Origin: the human T2T-CHM13v2.0 reference genome, Homo sapiens
NCBI RefSeq assembly: GCF_009914755.1
Contig: NC_060932.1
Strand: one strand, 5' to 3'
Length of the DNA: 64,000 bases
The notes beneath the pieces were generated by a model, which saw only the letters and a list, made by a program, of their open reading frames with translations, made no database searches and was not told where the DNA came from. Both the position numbers and the translations under genes were made by a program. This document shows positions 46,981 through 63,070 of the stretch, in pieces (position 1 is the stretch's first letter; each line of letters starts with the position of its first letter).

Positions 46981-47844
46981 AATGGGGAAGAGTAACTGCA
47001 GGCAGGGTAGGAAAACTTAGCATGGGAAAGATGAAAACTATAGATTTTCTCCTCCCTGAAGTTTAAAAACGATCTTTTTTTTTTTAACAAAATAACCAGA
47101 TTCTTTTTATACACTTTTCTCTTAATGCTTCAGAATAGCACAGTTTGGGGACTGCCTTCAAAATCAGACCACATTGTTAGAAGTTATTTCACTGCTTCAG
47201 AACCCAAATCCCCTGCAAGGAATGTAAGAGCAACTTACTTTCTTTCAAATTTCAGTCAACGGTAAAGTTTCAGCGTATAGCATGGTCCACTTCTTGCAAT
47301 CACAAATTTACTTTGCAGGGGTAAAATTTCGGAAGGAGCAGTGGAAGAAGTCTGGTCTGGGTACTTCTTGTAAACTTCAGTCAGATATGGCCTGTGCAAG
47401 GGCAAACAGTAGTTCCATATTTCATTTATTTGGCACTTTCTCTAAGGAGATTAAAGCTGCTTTGTGGACTTAATCTATTTAATTCTCACAACATCCCTGC
47501 CATGTAAGTAGCTGCTATCACCCTCCTTCTGCTGATATGAAGCCCACAGCCAGATATGAAAACTGGCTTTTCAAGGGCACAAGCAAATCGACATCAAGAA
47601 CAGGAGTTGTACTCTAAATTTTATTTATTATCCTCTTCCCATTTGAATAAATTCTCCTAAATAAAGCAAATTTGAGAATTATTTTGCCAGTCACCGATGC
47701 TAAGTCAAAATTTGAGAATTCTATAAAGGGCATATTTTTGTCTCTAATTCATAGATTCTTAGAAAATTGGCAGATTTGCTGAGTCTTCCTCTTCACTGTT
47801 AGATATTCTAGAAATTTTGACCTTAGATACATGAGGTAGTAAGA

Positions 47845-48035
47845 CCATGCTAATAGTATTGTATGGTTTATGGAGTGAAATATACCTGGGCTTGGCTAGC
47901 TCTGTGAACTTCAGTTTTCATTCAAATGTGAATAATATAGTACTCGCATCAGAGTTGTATCAATTAAATGGTGCAATGCCTATAAAATAGTTAGCGTAGA
48001 AGCTGGTGCATAGTAAGCTTTCAGTAAATAATAGT
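47845..48035 (+). mobile_element. MIR
   Basis: TCAGTTTTCATTCAAATGTGAATAATA...TGGTGCATAGTAAGCTTTCAGTAAAT. Confidence 0.65.
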
Positions 48036-48645
48036 CCTCATATTACAAAACAAACAGGTTCTTAGGTTAGTTCTTTCCTTGTTAAGATTTTCATTGAATA
48101 TTTAAGCTCTAGTCAAGCTAATCCAGATATATTACAGGTTTTCTTTTAAACAGAATGCTTTGTACACTGCTATAGCAAGCTTGTTCCATTTTTCTTTCCC
48201 CTATCCCCTTCAGGGTTCCATTTTGGTTACAAGAAGCTTGCTCAGGGAGAGGTTCCTGCACTTTAGCTTAGATTTCTGTCAAAACAAGATTACCTCTTTA
48301 GTTGACCCTGTGAGAAGCCATTTAGTCTTATGAACCAACCTTTGATTTCAAAATTCTTTGAGTTGTCCTGAATGTGGTAAGCTACCCTGCAATGTGCTTG
48401 GAAATCATCCAGTTTGGGACCTCAAGAGAGAGGGATAAGATGATCTAATCAGTTTTGGAACTTGGAAGAGACAGAGTTGTCTGAGTGGAACACTGAGCTG
48501 TGAACCCAGTATCATAGACATTGATTGTTGCCAGTGAGCTTCGTTCCAAAATGGGGGACCCATACAGAAAATAAAGGTGTCTTGGTCCCCACTCCAGACC
48601 TGCCGAATCAGAATCTCCAACAGTAGACCTAAGAATCTAGATTTC

Positions 48646-49298
<653 letters not shown>

Positions 49299-50253
49299 TT
49301 CCTGGTGGTTCTGATACCACCAAGTTTGGAACCACTGCGAGGCCATTTCCCAGATGAAGAAAATAAGGCCCAAGGAGAGGAGTACCTCCACCAAGATCAG
49401 TGGCATGCTGAACTCATGAATGGCAGAGGCCTGCTCAGAGCTCAGGTCACCCTCACAGTCAGTGCAGGTTTTTTTCCACTACTCCTTCATGCTCCTGGGT
49501 CTGCCGTGGACTCAGGATAAACAGACAAAGTTGTCTGTGTCTGTACTTTCTCATCTGTACTGTAGAGATAATAACTCCTGACCTTAAAGGGCCATTGTGA
49601 GGTTAAATTAGTTAAAGGGTGTTCAGTTCACTTTGTCCTTTACTCAGAGTCTGTTCTTTAGACAACTGAAAGGGTGCTAAATTAAGCCATTTTGCAGAGA
49701 GGTCTGAGTCATCTAGTGGCAGCTGTCTGTGCCTCACTGGAGGTGCTTTGATCATTGTCATCTAAATGCATGCGTTAAGTACTATCTGTAGCACAGCGCT
49801 CCAGGCTGTGCTAAGTGAGTTACCCAGATAATGGTCTCTGCCCTTGAGAACAGCGCTGAGGCAAGGGACATAAAGGTTATTCACACAGCAACAGAACAGG
49901 GGATCCATGAACGTTGAATTCAGAGAGCCTAGAAGGAGCATGGGGACACCCATTCTGCGCCCCTGGCTTAGAGGACCGAAGTGCTGCAGCTCAGGTCACA
50001 TGGCACGTTGAGAGCGGGATGTGTGACCCACCAAGGCTGAGTCCTTCCCACCTCCCCCTGCTGGAGGGGAATTGTTTTTCTCACGGGTTGGAATGTAGCA
50101 AGTGTCCATTATAGTCAATCTGGAAAGGCTTTAGTTTGGAGTTAGTTTCAAGGATGTCTTGAAATGAGGCGGTTAGAGCTCAGAGGATGACTTTGGGGAT
50201 GGTGGGCAGACTATGTGTACGAAGGATTGGGCCAAAAAAGATTATGAAGTATC

Positions 50254-50539
50254 TTTTCTTTTTTTTTTTTTTTTTTTTTTTTTTGAGACACAGTCTCGCT
50301 CTGTCACCCAGGCTGGAGTGCAGTGACCTCCCAGGCTCAAGCAATCCTCCCACCTCAACCTCCTGATAGCTGGGACTACAGGATGTACACCACCACACCC
50401 GGCTAATCTTTTATTTTTTTGTAGAGGCGGAGTCTCACTATGTTGCCCACGCTCATCTCAAACTCCTGGCCTCAAGCAGTCCTCCCACCTCAGCCTCCCA
50501 AATTGCTGGGATTACAGGCGTGAGCCGCAGTACCTGACC
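50254..50539 (-). mobile_element. AluJ with an internal deletion
   Basis: GAGTGCAGTG joined to ACCTCCCAGG; TSD AGATT(AT/GC)GAAGTATCTT. Confidence 0.9.
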
Positions 50540-50739
50540 AGATTGCGAAGTATCTTGAAGCAATCTGGAAAGAAGTCTTGAAGCAATTCTTGAGGGTGTT
50601 TTGTACCACAGAGTGAAGTCCCAACAGGACTCTGAGAAGGAAGCCACCCACTCAGAATTACTGCCAAGGGAGGGGCTGTAATGACACATGATGGAGTGAG
50701 GAGGTATGGGAAGCAGCTCTGGAGGGTTAAGGAAATCAT

Positions 50740-50980
50740 TGCCACCATTTTTAAACAGCGATTATGTGCCAAGCCCCATGTTTAGCGTTTTACATAAAAT
50801 GCCTTTATCCTCAGAACAGCCCTACCAGACAGGTATTTTCATCCAGACAGGTGTTTCCCCTGTGCGTATGACAAAACGCACTCAAGGTGATTAGGTAACT
50901 TGCTCAAAAACACAGAGGGACTGAGGCAGGCAGTATTTAAGCCCCTGCTGGATCCTTCCAAATATGTCTGCTACACCTTA
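50740..50980 (-). mobile_element. MIR
   Basis: TATGTGCCAAG...TTAGGTAACTTGCTCAA. Confidence 0.6.
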
Positions 50981-51711
50981 AGCCCTCTCTAAGAATATTA
51001 GAGATAGTTATGGATAGCCAGCCAGGAGGTAACTAAAAATTTCCATTATTGTCTATAAACAAACAAAGGAGCAAAATGGGGGTGATACTCCATGCAGTGA
51101 GGGTGGGAAAACCACACAAGCTCTCTCAGTGTTCTGAATTATGCCCAAGAAAGGATGAGCAGAAATGACTAAGGTTCCTTATTTGACAGATCATTGACAT
51201 GGTGACGTGACCCAGTGAGATAGAGGAGATGAAGAATTTCCAAAGAAAGATAAGCATATGTCATTTATAGTAAGAGTTACTGATGATTAGGGTGTTTAAG
51301 AACTAGGCATTGCTCAACCAAAGGGGAAAGTTCAAAGTGAATAGGTAGGTTGGTGTGTCATCTAAAGAGACGATATAGTGTCATCAAGTGAGATAGAGCC
51401 TCAGAAAACATCACTTTTGGATCTGTGTATATATGACATTGTACTAAGACACTGTAGCATGGAAGTGAATAGATAAGAATTAGGAAAATCACAAGCTAGG
51501 AGAGGACAGATGTTATCACACAGCACCTTGTAATAAAGGGAGAAGAGTAGGGAAAGTTAAGCCTGACAGGACCCCACTCCTGGTAGAAAGGAACCATTGA
51601 TATGGCTTTGAAGATAGGAAGGACAGAGCATTGAGGCAGAATGTAAAAGCAAACACCTCTAGTATCATGGAATCCAGGGAAGAAGGAAAGGAAAGGAAGA
51701 GAAGACCTGTG

Positions 51712-51945
51712 AGCATTTTATTATGTGCTGGGCATATTAAATAATCAATTACTCAATTAAATTCAATTCAATACTCAGTTAAATACTCAGTCCTTACAGT
51801 AGTCCTGCCAGTTAAGTCTTCTCCCATTTTACAGATGGGGAAACTAAGGCTCTGAGAGGTGGTCATTTTCCCGAGATCAAATAGCTAGGGGAGGCAGGAT
51901 TGTCCCAGGTCTGACTCTGAATCCCTTGCTTCTGCCACACTGCTT
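51712..51945 (-). mobile_element. MIR within L2 remnants (~51300-52110)
   Basis: CCCATTTTACAGATGGGGAAACTAAGGCTCTGAGAGG. Confidence 0.75.
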
Positions 51946-53096
51946 CAGCCAGAAGTTGGAGAAGGGGAAGGAGGATTGGTTATATGCAGAGTCAGAAGCT
52001 ATGAGAGGATGATGAGGATCAGAGTGGATTTGGAGAAGTGATGAGGATATGGGTGGCTTTGTTGGGTGATACTGCTGCAGAGTAGAAATGGGAGAAGTTG
52101 GCTACAAGGAAATTCACATGGTTGGGTTCACAGTTTCATCTGCCATGTGTGGCATTTTACTACCTGGTATATGGAAGATTAAATATTAGCTGCATTTAAT
52201 TCTCTCTTTGGAGAACTGCGAGTTCCTTTTTGAACAAATTCTTTGCAAGCACTTCTAGTCTACATAGTTGGGCTTCCAGGTTGATGCATCTTCAGATTAT
52301 AGTTCCAAGAAAAATACTGACTCCAGTGGGTGGTTTTTCACATTTTTAAACTGATCAGTCCTATTGGCAACGTAGGCATTCATCCATTCACTCCCATCTG
52401 GGAACTATGGGAATCTTCTCCTCCAGCTAACACTGTGATTTGGTCATCTGTGTTTAGTAATATCCCAACATCTCATCCTCTTGCCTTTTTCAGTGACATA
52501 GGCTTCTTATTGTTTGTGAAATTATGGGTTTGCATGAATTGCAACTAATGGTAGAGGTCTTTGAAAAAATAATTATAATTTGAGAAAATGGGGTTAGCCT
52601 ATATTAGGTTTCTGTAGTCTTGAGGTACGGAAAGAATGGGCAAACATTTGCCCTTTAAAGTAGGTAAGAGTCCATAGCACAGTAAGAAGTCTGTTTCCTC
52701 TCACTGGGAAAACATATTCCAGCCACTGATTTAACTTCTCTTATTGTTGCTGACTTGCAACCCTACACCCCCTCTAAGTCTATGACAGGTCTGAACATAA
52801 TTCTTCTTTGTAGTCCATTGACTCTTATAAAATAATGCTGTGATTATAAGGTTTCCTGAATACAATTTTCAGAATGTTAGTAATAACCACATTGCACCTA
52901 CCTGCCATACTTGGGCAATTATCTCTGTTGCTCAATTTACTTAATATTGGTCATAGTGAAACATGTTTTCATCACTTGAAATCCTAATTTTATTTGCCAG
53001 ATTACTAATGGCCACCTATTTCTGTAACATAAGGTAGAATGTTATGCAAGTTTGACTTGCAAATACTGTATGTTGACTCTAGAAAACAACAGGTTT

Positions 53097-53395
53097 GGCC
53101 GGGCGTGGTGGCTCAAGCCTGTAATCCCAGCATGTTGGGAAGCCGAGGCTGGCGGATCACCTGAGGTCGGGAGTTTGAGACCAGCCTGACCAACATGGAG
53201 AAACCCCGTCTCTACTAAAAATACAAAAATTAGCCGGGCGTGGTGGCACATGGCTGTAATCCCAACTACTCAGGAGGCTGAGGCAGGAGAATTGCTTGAA
53301 CCTGGGAGGTGGAGGTTGCGGTGAGCCAAGATCGCACCATTGCCTGGGCAAGAGTGAAACTCTATCTCAAAAAAAAAAAAAAAAAAAAGAAAGAA
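53097..53395 (+). mobile_element. AluSp-like
   Basis: GGTCGGGAG and CATGGAGAAACC; perfect TSD AGAAAACAACAGGTTT. Confidence 0.95.
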
Positions 53396-53509
53396 AGAAA
53401 ACAACAGGTTTGCCTGGAGATGGCAGCATAAGGAGTCATTTTTCTGTTTCTTTTTAAGATAGTCTGATTCCTCTCAGGATAAAATGTTGATAATGATTGA
53501 AAGGATAAA

Positions 53510-53700
53510 GCATTTAAAGCTGGAATGGATTTTTGATACTAGAGAGACCACCCTCCTTCTAATTCTCATCCCTTTTCAGGCTGGAGAGGAAACAAGGTGG
53601 AGAAAGGTGGTATACATGATGTGACCTCCCAGGTCACATAGCTGACTAGTGGCAGAGCCAGGAACTTTCAGTCATTCTGGTGCCCTTTCCACCAAAGCAC
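53510..53700 (-). mobile_element. MIR3/MIR
   Basis: GAGGAAACAAGG...CCCAGGTCACATAGCTGACTAGTGGCAGAGCCAGGA. Confidence 0.65.
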
Positions 53701-54699
53701 CATTTTCTTCTAAATGGCAAACAGTTGTCTTGAAGGCACTGTCTTTTTCTACCTAGATGTTGGGTGGAAAAAAAAAAAAAAAGCTGCCTTTTATATAGAA
53801 GTTCTTGGGAATATTTCTCATATAGTGAGATGAACAGAATGCAAAAGTTTCTTCCTGCAGGATCTCCCAAAATCCTCTTGGCTTGAATTTTCTTCTCACT
53901 TTTCTTTTGAAAAGCTTTGTTCCTTTTGCACCTTGGAAAAATAAGTCTTGTTTGTCCTGACAGCAGAGTGCAAGCATCTATTGCATCAAAATTCCCAAGT
54001 GGAATAGAAAACCAATGGTCCTTTTCTGAATTTCGTTAGCAGTAGCAACAAACATTTCATCATAACCTCAGAAGCAATACAGAGAAGAAAAGAAAAATCA
54101 AGTTAGCAATTACAGCTAACATCATGCAAGATGAAAGCCTGGCATTATAAAATCCTTACTGTTGTAAACTCTACTTTACTTCTGGATCTGTCTGCAGGCA
54201 GCCTACCCTTTCAAAATTCAGTATCTGTTGTCAGTAGTTGGGTTATAAATGAAATTTATTCTAGGAGTAATAAATATGGTATGCATGATGAAACTGAATG
54301 ATTATGGAAAAGGTTTCTTGACAAGGACCGAATTAGGCTATCATGGTGCTTCTGACATCTTAGCATCTCAGTTTAGGCCAAAGATTTCTAAAGGATTCCC
54401 TGAAAACTAAATTCACGCTCTGCCCTAGATTTACAGTTGACATGAAGGTCAAGGATGAGCAGGCTGGGGAGAGCACAAAGTGCCTCATCACAAGATGTGC
54501 CTTACCCTGAGACATCCTGTCAAAACTGTTCTATGTTGGTAATTCACATGGGGAGAGGATACATTTTAAAAAGCTCTCTGGCACCTTGTTGCTGTTGGAG
54601 GAAGGGACACTGCTCTGCAGTGTCTTCTGTCAGGTCTGCCTTGAGTCCTGTCCACCCTCAATTTTCTCTCCCCAGCTTACAGTTCTCCAAATGCACCTG

Positions 54700-54930
54700 G
54701 TCTCTCTCCTTGGGGGCTGGAGTGAGCTCCCCACACTGCTTGGGACGGTCCTTTTCCTCAGGAGTCCACTGCAGAAGCTCGCAGAACTTATCCCTTGTAT
54801 GCTAATGGCACTGTCTGCCCCAACACTAGACTAGAGTCCTTTGGATTGGGGGCTCTGTCTTGTTTATCTTGGTGTATGCAGAACCTACCACACATGAGAG
54901 GCACACAGTGGTGAGCGGGTGGTTGGAAGA
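54700..54930 (+). mobile_element. L2 3' part
   Basis: CTGCCCCAACACTAGACTAGAGTCCTTTG...TGTCTTGTTTATCTT. Confidence 0.55.
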
Positions 54931-55470
54931 GGAAGCATGCAGGCAAGCTTCTGTATAGCTTACATTTCAGGAGACATTTAAATAATCATAATCCTGGGAA
55001 AATATTAAGTAACATTAGAAAAGCTGCCTTTCAGATGCTCCTATTCCCTAGTGTATCATAATGGACATAATGAGGCATTTGTACATATCATTAGAATTGC
55101 TGCCTTCAAATCCCTCCACTAAGAATGGCAGAGTGGCAGCCGTGCTTTCTCTCACATTTTTGCCTTTGCTCATCCTACTCCTTCTCCTTCAGGATTCCTC
55201 CCACTGTCACTGTGCCTCCAGTCATTTTAAGAAGTCCTTGGTGAGTTCCCGTGGCCCCCTGAGCTTGCCTCTCTCCTGGTGCCCGTCACACTATGCTACA
55301 GTCGTGGGTTTCCTTGTCTATTTCAACCCCATCCTCTGTGCCTGGGAAATGGGAGGTGGTCAGCAGACATTTACTGAAGGAAAGTTGCATGAGTCATACC
55401 TTGGGCTCCTGAATGAGGAAGAGAAAATAAATTTTCTTTAAATTTTGCTCCTGATCCTGGGAAACCATAA

Positions 55471-55713
<243 letters not shown>

Positions 55714-58700
55714 TAATACAGCATGACGTTTAACCATATTTAGGGCTGCAAGTTTGAGTTATCCAACCACTGTGAAAATGCTACTCGACTGTCATTGTGA
55801 AACTAGGTTAAAATTTCAAAGCCAATGCTCTTTACCGTTTAGTGACAATGGTTAGTTACGTTTCTTGGCCGTCTTTGTATTACTTCTGAAAAATAAAATA
55901 ACTGAATTAGCTCTGAAAAATATGAGAAACAAGTCCTATTTTTAGTATTCCCTTCTCATCTATAAATCTGTTGTAAATTGAACATATTTGACTGCATTTT
56001 ATTCTCTTTACTTGTTCCTGCTTTGCCATTTTGATCTCCTTAGATGCTGAATTATATTTTTGGAATGAAATAGTCATTGGCTTTTTTGTCATTAGCTATT
56101 TTACTATTTAATTTAGAATAAAGGACAGAATGATAAAATTAGATACAAGAGGCCACTGTGTGTCATCAAGTAACCTAATCTACTTTTGGTAACGAAAATA
56201 AAATTCTCTTTAAATAATTGCTAGCTCATTTTGAACCAGCTTTGTTCAGATGAATAGCCCTCAGTCTGGGTGAAGAGGATGAGAAACTCATCTCTCCCTC
56301 ACAAGGTCTTTCCAACAATTAAAATTATCCTTTTCTCAATTTCATTCTATTGCTCCTAATTATGACCCTGATAATTAGTGTGCTAATTACATCCCCTGCA
56401 TAATTTCTCTGCCTCCTTGATGTTCACCTTTCATTTATTTTTAGCCTGCCTCCTTTATTTGCTCCTGAATTCCCTGCTTACGTGTTCCCTCACTGGGCAT
56501 GTGGTCGGGGGCCTCAAATTCAGAGAGAGGCTTTCCCAATCACTTTAACCAGTCACCTCTCCATATTTTTTTTTCTTTTGTCTTAAGGGAATTTTTAGCT
56601 AAGGAATAAAAGTGTAGTTAGAGTAACTGGAGAGCTGCAATCCAGCCTTGTCCTTCTGCGATGCTGCGGGAGGGGCACTCATTACTTGGTGTGCACTCAC
56701 TACCTACTGCAAGACCCAGATGTCATTCACATGCCAGGCTGTAGATTATGCTAGTGACCCAACAGCATCATCTTCATTATGGGGTGAGGAAGGTCACTAT
56801 TTGGGATCTTTATATTTTCCTGTAGAATTCATAAAGCAAGTTCTGAGAGTCTTTTTCTTCTCTCTTTTTCTCCTTTCTTGCTTCCTCTGTTTTGTCCCGC
56901 TTACAACTGCAGGTAGTATGTACACTGTAGTGCTAGGAGTCAGGCCCGTAGGCTTTGAAAATGCGAAGCAAGATCAACCAGTCACCCTGCCTTGCCCTTT
57001 CAGGAACTATTTCCAGAGTTCTCCTTATGTGGTTTTTGTTACTGCGTTGATTCATCTGTTAGTTTTTTTTTTCCTCTAATGAGGGCAAAACACTTGATCC
57101 CATCTTCACAGTATCCTAATGATACAGAGAAGAAGAAAGTGATAGCCTACAGGAAATTTGACACCTATCCCCCAATTTATGGTAGAGCCAAGGTCCAGAC
57201 TTAACCTACCCTCCCGAAGTCCATTCTTGTATGAAACTACAGAACAGTTGTCTCTGGGTCTTGCAGAGCACTCCTTTACTCCTTTGCAGAAGAGGTAGAG
57301 AGTGGGCAGAACCAACTTGAAGCCACCAAGGACCCTTTAGGATCGAGAGTCCATGTGCAATGCACTGAGGATCTAGAAATGGAAAAAAAAAAAAAAAAAA
57401 AAAAAACCTGTCTCTGCCCATGGAGCTTACAGATTAGTGGGGGAAACAGCCACACAAACAGATAATTATGAATGATGTGTTTGATATGTTAATTGCCTCA
57501 GGTGGTGGGGGGGTTAAGGGGAGACTCCTGGGGACCCCTGAGTGAGAAGTTTTCCTAGAGGAAGGCAGTGGCCTTGATAAAATGCCCTCCTGGACTGCTT
57601 CTCAGCACTCTATTTCTGTGTGGCACAGCCTAGGCTCATAGACATCACATTCTCTGTGGTTCTACTTGTGCTCACTCGTAATTGTCACCTGCCCTGGAAT
57701 ATGTGAGCTTTCAGTGAGAAAGAACATCTGTCCCTCTTGACACCTTTGGGTGTGGGTAAGGAAAAGAGTAAATGTTCCATGCTAAGCATATTGTCAAGCA
57801 CTGTGAATGTCATGAAGGAGGAAGTTTGAAAAGTGTGATTTCTTCATGTTTACAAAATGAACAAATGACTCAGATCTGTTGTACACATTCACAAGAGCTG
57901 TGTCCTAAGCTGATCCTGATTTTGAAGTCATGTGTCTTCCTTTGCATGTGGGGAGGATTTTAAAGGGATGGAAAGTGGACAAGGAGGGGGTGGGTGAGAG
58001 GAAGGAAGGCTTAGAGGCAAGGACTTTGTTCTACGATGCTGACTCAGTGATGCCTTCCCTTGGGCTCTGCAGAAATAAAGATTTTCCTCATCTTTTAGCT
58101 CCTTCCTTCCCTCCTCCCTCCCTCCCTCTTTCCCTCCCTCTCTCTTACTTTCATTTTATTTCTTCCTTCCAGTCAGCAGGTTTTTGTGGGGTATGTTTTC
58201 TGTTAGGCTAACTTCAGACAAGACCCTGAAAACTAAGTACAGATGTCATCACAGATGAGTGTTCCTTACTCTTGGAAGTTCAGGTAGCCCTGCCTCGATT
58301 GGCTCTGACCACTTTGTCAGGCCGTGGAGCTGAGCTACATTTTGGGGATTTCACCCACATTGTTGTTGACAGGATTGTTAGGCTTCACTAGATTTGCACC
58401 CTCAGGCTTTGATCTTTTTAATATCTTCCGGATTGAATACCCTTTTGGGATTGTTCTCCTGACTTTTTTTTTAAACGAGTATATTGTGCCACTAGAAAGA
58501 AGAATGTTTAAATGGATCAAAAATAAATCTTGATACTCTCTATCAAATGCATGTAAAAAGGAAAAACAAGCATGTTTCATTAATACTAAGATTCCAGGGC
58601 ATCTGGTAATGACAGCGCTGAGTAAATCCTATGGGGCGACATATTTGATTAGATTCGGGGTCAGTGGGTGAGGGGACATACTCCAGTCATTACAATCTGA

Positions 58701-58972
58701 GGACAGCGCTGAGCACTAACAGATGTGACAACTTATAACACAGGTACTTCCTCCTTCACTGCACTTTATCCAAAAATAGACATCTTCAGAGGTTCTTTAC
58801 CTTTTAGCCTTAAAGGATTTGAGAAGCTTTAGAAAACAAATTATGATATCAGGTCTAGATTTATTTTGCTATTAAAGTCTCACATTCTGTACAAGTATTT
58901 TATTATTGTTTGTCTAGGTCTCTGAAATTAGAAGAGACAGAAGAAAACATATTATATAAATTTAAAGTATGA

Positions 58973-59139
58973 ATTAGCCAGGCGTGTTGGCACGCACCTA
59001 TAGTCCCAGCTACTCGGGGAGCTGAGGTAGGAGGATTGCTTGAGCCCAGGAGGTCAAGGCTACAGCAAGCCCAGATTGTTCCATTGCACTCCAGGCTGGG
59101 TGACAGAGCAAGACCCTGTCTAAAAATTAAAAAAAAAAA
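58973..59139 (+). mobile_element. Alu right monomer (FRAM or truncated AluJ)
   Basis: Right arm only; TSD AAATT(T)AAAGTATGA. Confidence 0.88.
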
Positions 59140-59198
59140 TTAAAGTATGACATATAACCTTGTAAGGGATCCAAGAAGTTTAAAATATTACAACTGCT

Positions 59199-59575
<377 letters not shown>

Positions 59576-59945
59576 TTACCCAAATTGAAATGTTGCAGTT
59601 TTAAAGTTGAGCAATTGTAAATCTTAAAGTTCCCTTTTTTACTATGATGATCTCTGGACTTTATTTCATCATTTGTTTCAATTTGACTAATTGAATAAAC
59701 AAATCCATCCACCCTCATTGCCGTCAGTCCTACTTACCTCATCAATATTATTTGGTCTCTTGAAGAGTACTAGATATAAAAAGCTCAAGCTAAATAATTA
59801 CTCTCCAAATATCTCAGAAATCTTGATTCCTCTACTCCTAGTGCAAATATGCAGTAGTTATGTCACCCACACAGGATGGACTGCAACATTTCATCATCTA
59901 TTCCTTCAATCTTTTTTCTATATACCATTGTTTAAGATGAATCAT

Positions 59946-60250
<305 letters not shown>

Positions 60251-60577
60251 TTAATTGTACTACATGTACATTTTAATTTCAGTTTTTTCACCTCATGTAA
60301 TGTAAGCATTTCCTCATGTTGAAGATTATTTTTAATAACTATCAGATTTTTTAAAACCAGGAAAATTCTAGAGAAACTGAGATTTTGTGAGTCATAATTC
60401 TACAGTTCTCTTAAATTCTCAGTCTTTCAGATATCTATACTTCTCCAATGTTTCTCTATTATAAAAACAACAGTAATTGAATGTCTGTCCCACCTTGGTA
60501 AAGTCAACAAACTTAAAAAAAAAAAAAAACCTCCACATTTTTGACAGCCGATTACTACTGTACTTCTGTACTTTTCT

Positions 60578-60669
60578 GGGGACATAGATGGTTTCTGGCC
60601 AGGGAATAGAATCAGAGGTGATCGGGGGCGTAGATGGTTTCTGGCCAGGGAACAGAATCAGAGGTGATC
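60578..60669. repeat. 46-bp tandem duplication (2 copies, 43/46 identical)
   Basis: GGGG(ACA/GCG)TAGATGGTTTCTGGCCAGGGAA(T/C)AGAATCAGAGGTGATC x2. Confidence 0.93.
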
Positions 60670-60949
60670 TAAATACGTATGTGGAGTAGTTTATTTCTTC
60701 CACCAATGTGACCTCCGTCGTCTTTCTTTTTGGTAATTTGCTTTTGTACAGAAGTGGAACAGAGAATGAACAATGGTATGACCTACACGGTATAATGTGG
60801 CTTTCTTTCTGGAAAATCAGTAATTAACTCAAGGACCAAATTGTCTTATTCTAAGATGTTTGTCTTCAAAACAATCCTCTTCACTATTTTCATCTTCTTA
60901 TTGTGGTAAATTTGTACATGACAGTATTCAAAGCATTCTCTTACTTCAG

Positions 60950-61893
<944 letters not shown>

Positions 61894-62539
61894 TTACAAC
61901 TCTCTAAAATAAGAGAATGTAAGAAGATGAGTGCAAAGGGCGCTCCTTACCTTCTGATCTTTGCTTTCTTCAGACTTTACTGAGGATGTAAATAATGGAA
62001 AATTGTAGACCTTCTCAATGCTGGCTAATCAGACTTTCCCTATTATTTGGTTTTCCTAGTTCATTACCCAGATAAAAGAAATAGAATGTGTGCATTAGAT
62101 TTTCTGCTTCTGCTTGGTGACCTAGAGATGATCATCAAGCCTTTTCTTATAAGAGGTATTAAATGCAGGTGCTCAGTTTGGGAGTATTTCCAGTATTTAT
62201 TGGTTTGAAGTGGATATTGTATGACCAAATCTTAACTGACGATTTTTGTCCTACCAGTTGAATGTGCTGGGTTTTGATTATTTTAAACCTAATATTTGGA
62301 CAGTATTTAATAGCTGGAGGCAAATTAATAACATGATGTCAGCTGAGGACAAAGGACATGTCTGCAACAACAGTAGATAAATTATAAGCACATGATAACA
62401 TGAAAGGGTATATCTTACTAAAATGTCAGCTCATTTGGAGGAAACTCTTCATTCAGTTTACTTTCAAAATCTTCAGAGGAGTGTGTCGAAAGAGCCATGG
62501 AAGTGGAAGCAGACAGAAAAAAATTGAAGATGTTGATAG

Positions 62540-62790
62540 TGCTGTGTCAGCTATCTACAGCTTGCTATTTGCCAGGAACCATGCTAAGAACTTTTCATAC
62601 ATTAACTCACTTAATCCTCAGACAGCACTATGAAGTAAGTACCATTAGTATCTCCATTTCATAGCTGAGAAGATTGAGACAAAGAAAGATGGAGTAATTT
62701 GCCCAAGAGCACCCTGCTGATAATGATAGAACCAGGCAAATCCAAGCAGGCCTCTTTCCAGAGCCCATGTTCCTAAATACTGTAATCCTC
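62540..62790 (-). mobile_element. MIR
   Basis: CATTAACTCACTTAATCCTCA...CTCCATTTCATAGCTGAG...TAATTTGCCCAAG. Confidence 0.75.
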
Positions 62791-62849
62791 ATTGTCTCAA
62801 TATCCTTCCCTCTTCTTATCACACCTCCCTGGAGAGCCTGGCTGAGTCA

Positions 62850-63070
62850 TTACCTTCTTCTAGGAGGCTCACCTTGACTCTTCCCCTACCTCCAGAGATA
62901 CTTTTGTACTTTGTACAAAATGTATATATTTCACTGATCACACAGGATATAAATATTCATATCTGTCTCTCCTACCAGACCCGATCTTATTCCTCTTTGT
63001 ATCTATACCTGGAATTTGGTGTAGTGCATGGCACAGAGTAAGTGTTCAATAAATGCAAGTCTAGTTGAGT
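62850..63070 (+). mobile_element. L2 3' end
   Basis: GTGCATGGCACAGAGTAAGTGTTCAATAAATG. Confidence 0.65.

Noticed and set aside
57121-57133. GATACAGAGAAGA matches the U6 snRNA ACAGAGA region
   Set aside because: Only 13 nt, and the flanks do not match U6; a chance match
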